This document shows positions 30,590 through 32,000 of a stretch of 32,000 nt of DNA, in pieces. The notes under the pieces were generated by a model. That model was not told the origin of the DNA. It saw only the letters and a list, made by a program, of their open reading frames with translations, and made no database searches. The first letter of the stretch is position 1; the number at the start of each line of letters is the position of its first letter. Position numbers and translations under genes: made by a program. Source of the DNA: Ruminococcus albus 7 = DSM 20455 (GTDB lineage: Bacteria > Bacillota > Clostridia > Oscillospirales > Ruminococcaceae); NCBI RefSeq assembly GCF_000179635.2, contig NC_014824.1, positions 240,001-272,000 of the forward strand, read 5' to 3'.

Positions 30590-32000
30590 ACCTCAATACC
30601 TGTTTCATCGGATATAAGCACGACATCAATCATCGCTGCCGCTATATCGTGCTTTTCCTGAACCGTCAGTTTATCCCACTGCTTCATAGGTTCTTCCAAA
30701 GGCTTTGTGTCGATTGCTTTACGCTTACGGCACATAGTCTGCAATTTTTTATCAAGCTTCGATTTCTGTTCGTGCAGGGCGCTCACACGCTTCTGAATGT
30801 AGTCAAAAAGTACGCTGTCCGCATCAGCGAGCTTTTCCATGAGCTTCTGGATCTCACCGTCAATGTGAATGATCTCTGTCTTGATACTCTCCGTTTCGGT
30901 GTCGGGCTTGCTGTCCTCACGCTTTGCGATTTTGAGCTGTTCGATACGCTTCTGCATTTCTTCCAGCACAGCGTCCTCGACCTGTTTCGGCTTTAACTGA
31001 ATGGGCGGAGTGGGACAGCCGTTCAGCGTGAACTTGCCGTAGTCGATGAAGCGGTGATACACACACCTTTTCTGTTCGCACAGTGATTGAAGTGCATCGC
31101 ATAGCCGCAGCAGGCACATTTCACCATACCCACAAGCCAAGAGTTCATAGCCTTGCCGTTTGTCGGGAACTTGCTCTGGTGCGACTTCCTGTCCTGCACT
31201 CTCAGCCACGTTTCCGCAGGCACAAGCCCCTCATGGTATGCTACCTTGACGAAATGCGTATCATCAAGCCCAGCGTGGATAAACAAGCCGTGAATGCCGT
31301 CATAGGCTTCAATATCGTCAAGCATTTCATATCCTTTGGAAAGAAAATAGCGGTAGACCTCTTTGTCAGCCCTCACATACAGCGGATTTTCAAGGATACG
31401 GCTCAGGTGCGACCTGTCAAGATTGGAAATGCCTGTTTTCGTGCGTGGTGTCGGTCTTGAAGCATTGATACCGTTCTCCGTCATGTAGCGGATAATATCG
31501 GTCAGAGAGTTTTCGGGATGCTGATACAGGTCATACGCCACACGCACCGCCTCCGCATTCTCCGAGGGAACAAGCACCGAGCCTGTTTTGCCGTTAATAG
31601 TCCGTCTTTCGGGAGTGTAGCCGAACTGAACTTTACCGCCCTGATAGAATCCTGTTTCTCTTGCCTTAGTCTGGAAAGCATCGGCTACACGGGCAGCGAT
31701 AGTCTCACGCTCAAACTCTGCGAAGTTTAGCAGATTGTTTCGCATCATACGCCCCTCTTTTGTCTCCGTATTGAACGGCTCGGAGAGGGAGTAGACGGTC
31801 ACACCATAGCGGTCAAGCTCGTCCGTGATATTCAAGTATTCCCTCATATTTCTACTGAAACGGTCATACTTTTTCACGATAATTCTGCTGATAAGCCCCT
31901 CACGGGCATCGCTCATCATCTGCATAAATGCGGGACGGTGCATCACATCTTTGCCCGACTTGCTGTCATCGCAGTAGATACGATAGTCGCATTCGCCCAC
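30574..32000 (-). pseudogene. Large serine recombinase (5' end outside the window), apparent 1-nt frameshift
   Basis: Resolvase-domain sequence (DDSKSGKDVMHRPAFMQMM...IVKKYDRFSRN...LNFAEFERETIAARV), recombinase domain, and zinc ribbon KCACCGYAM in ORF 31023-32000. The continuation (EQKRCVYHRFIDYGK...coiled coil...) is in ORF 30574-31209. The frame switch lies between about 31060 and 31095, near a T4 run at 31068-31071. Visibly more GC-rich than the flanks. Confidence 0.85.

Noticed and set aside
1-32000. tRNA, rRNA or tmRNA genes
   Set aside because: I saw no cloverleaf-like GC-rich segments of 70-90 nt or rRNA-like conserved blocks. The only structured RNAs I can support are the riboswitch and the putative TnpB omega RNA.

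Overview
AT-rich accessory replicon segment, most consistent with a plasmid or phage-plasmid-like extrachromosomal element of a low-GC Firmicute; the dockerin cargo suggests a Ruminococcus-type host, but that is a guess. All calls are by eye: no searches were run and GC content is judged, not computed. Layout: (1) a DHH/DHHA1 phosphoesterase and a small membrane protein (0.16-1.9 kb). (2) A 5.2-kb gene-free mosaic repeat array (1941-7160). It holds 35 copies of an 18-bp parS-like double palindrome (TGTGWCAC-NN-GTGWCACA) interleaved with about 90 co-oriented 20-22-bp iteron-like sites (GGATTnnnnnCGTTAATT). (3) A compact origin (7.2-8.2 kb) with 9 abutting iterons, a duplicated ATCACA-phased module and an AT-rich tract, next to a Rep_3-like initiator gene (8195-9349). 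(4) A type IIA topoisomerase whose B (9422-11404) and A (23491-25680) subunit genes are separated by a 12-kb cargo and insertion island. The island carries an uncharacterised two-gene cassette flanked by direct repeats, an IS66 element with 8-bp target duplication and decayed genes, a SUKH-TM protein, a dockerin protein with three NPCBM-like modules, a TnpB-only IS200/IS605-family element, and two miniature or relic copies of that element's ends. (5) A nine-gene operon of small unknown proteins (26.2-29.5 kb). (6) A c-di-GMP-I (GEMM-I) riboswitch with terminator ahead of a BspA-type LRR surface protein. The 3' end of that gene abuts a visibly more GC-rich element encoding a frameshifted large serine recombinase, which runs off the window. 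The same palindrome also occurs at four solitary promoter- or terminator-proximal sites. A promoter plus 5'-hairpin module recurs four times. The repeat array and the 12.1-13.8 kb cassette are the best candidates for undescribed biology.
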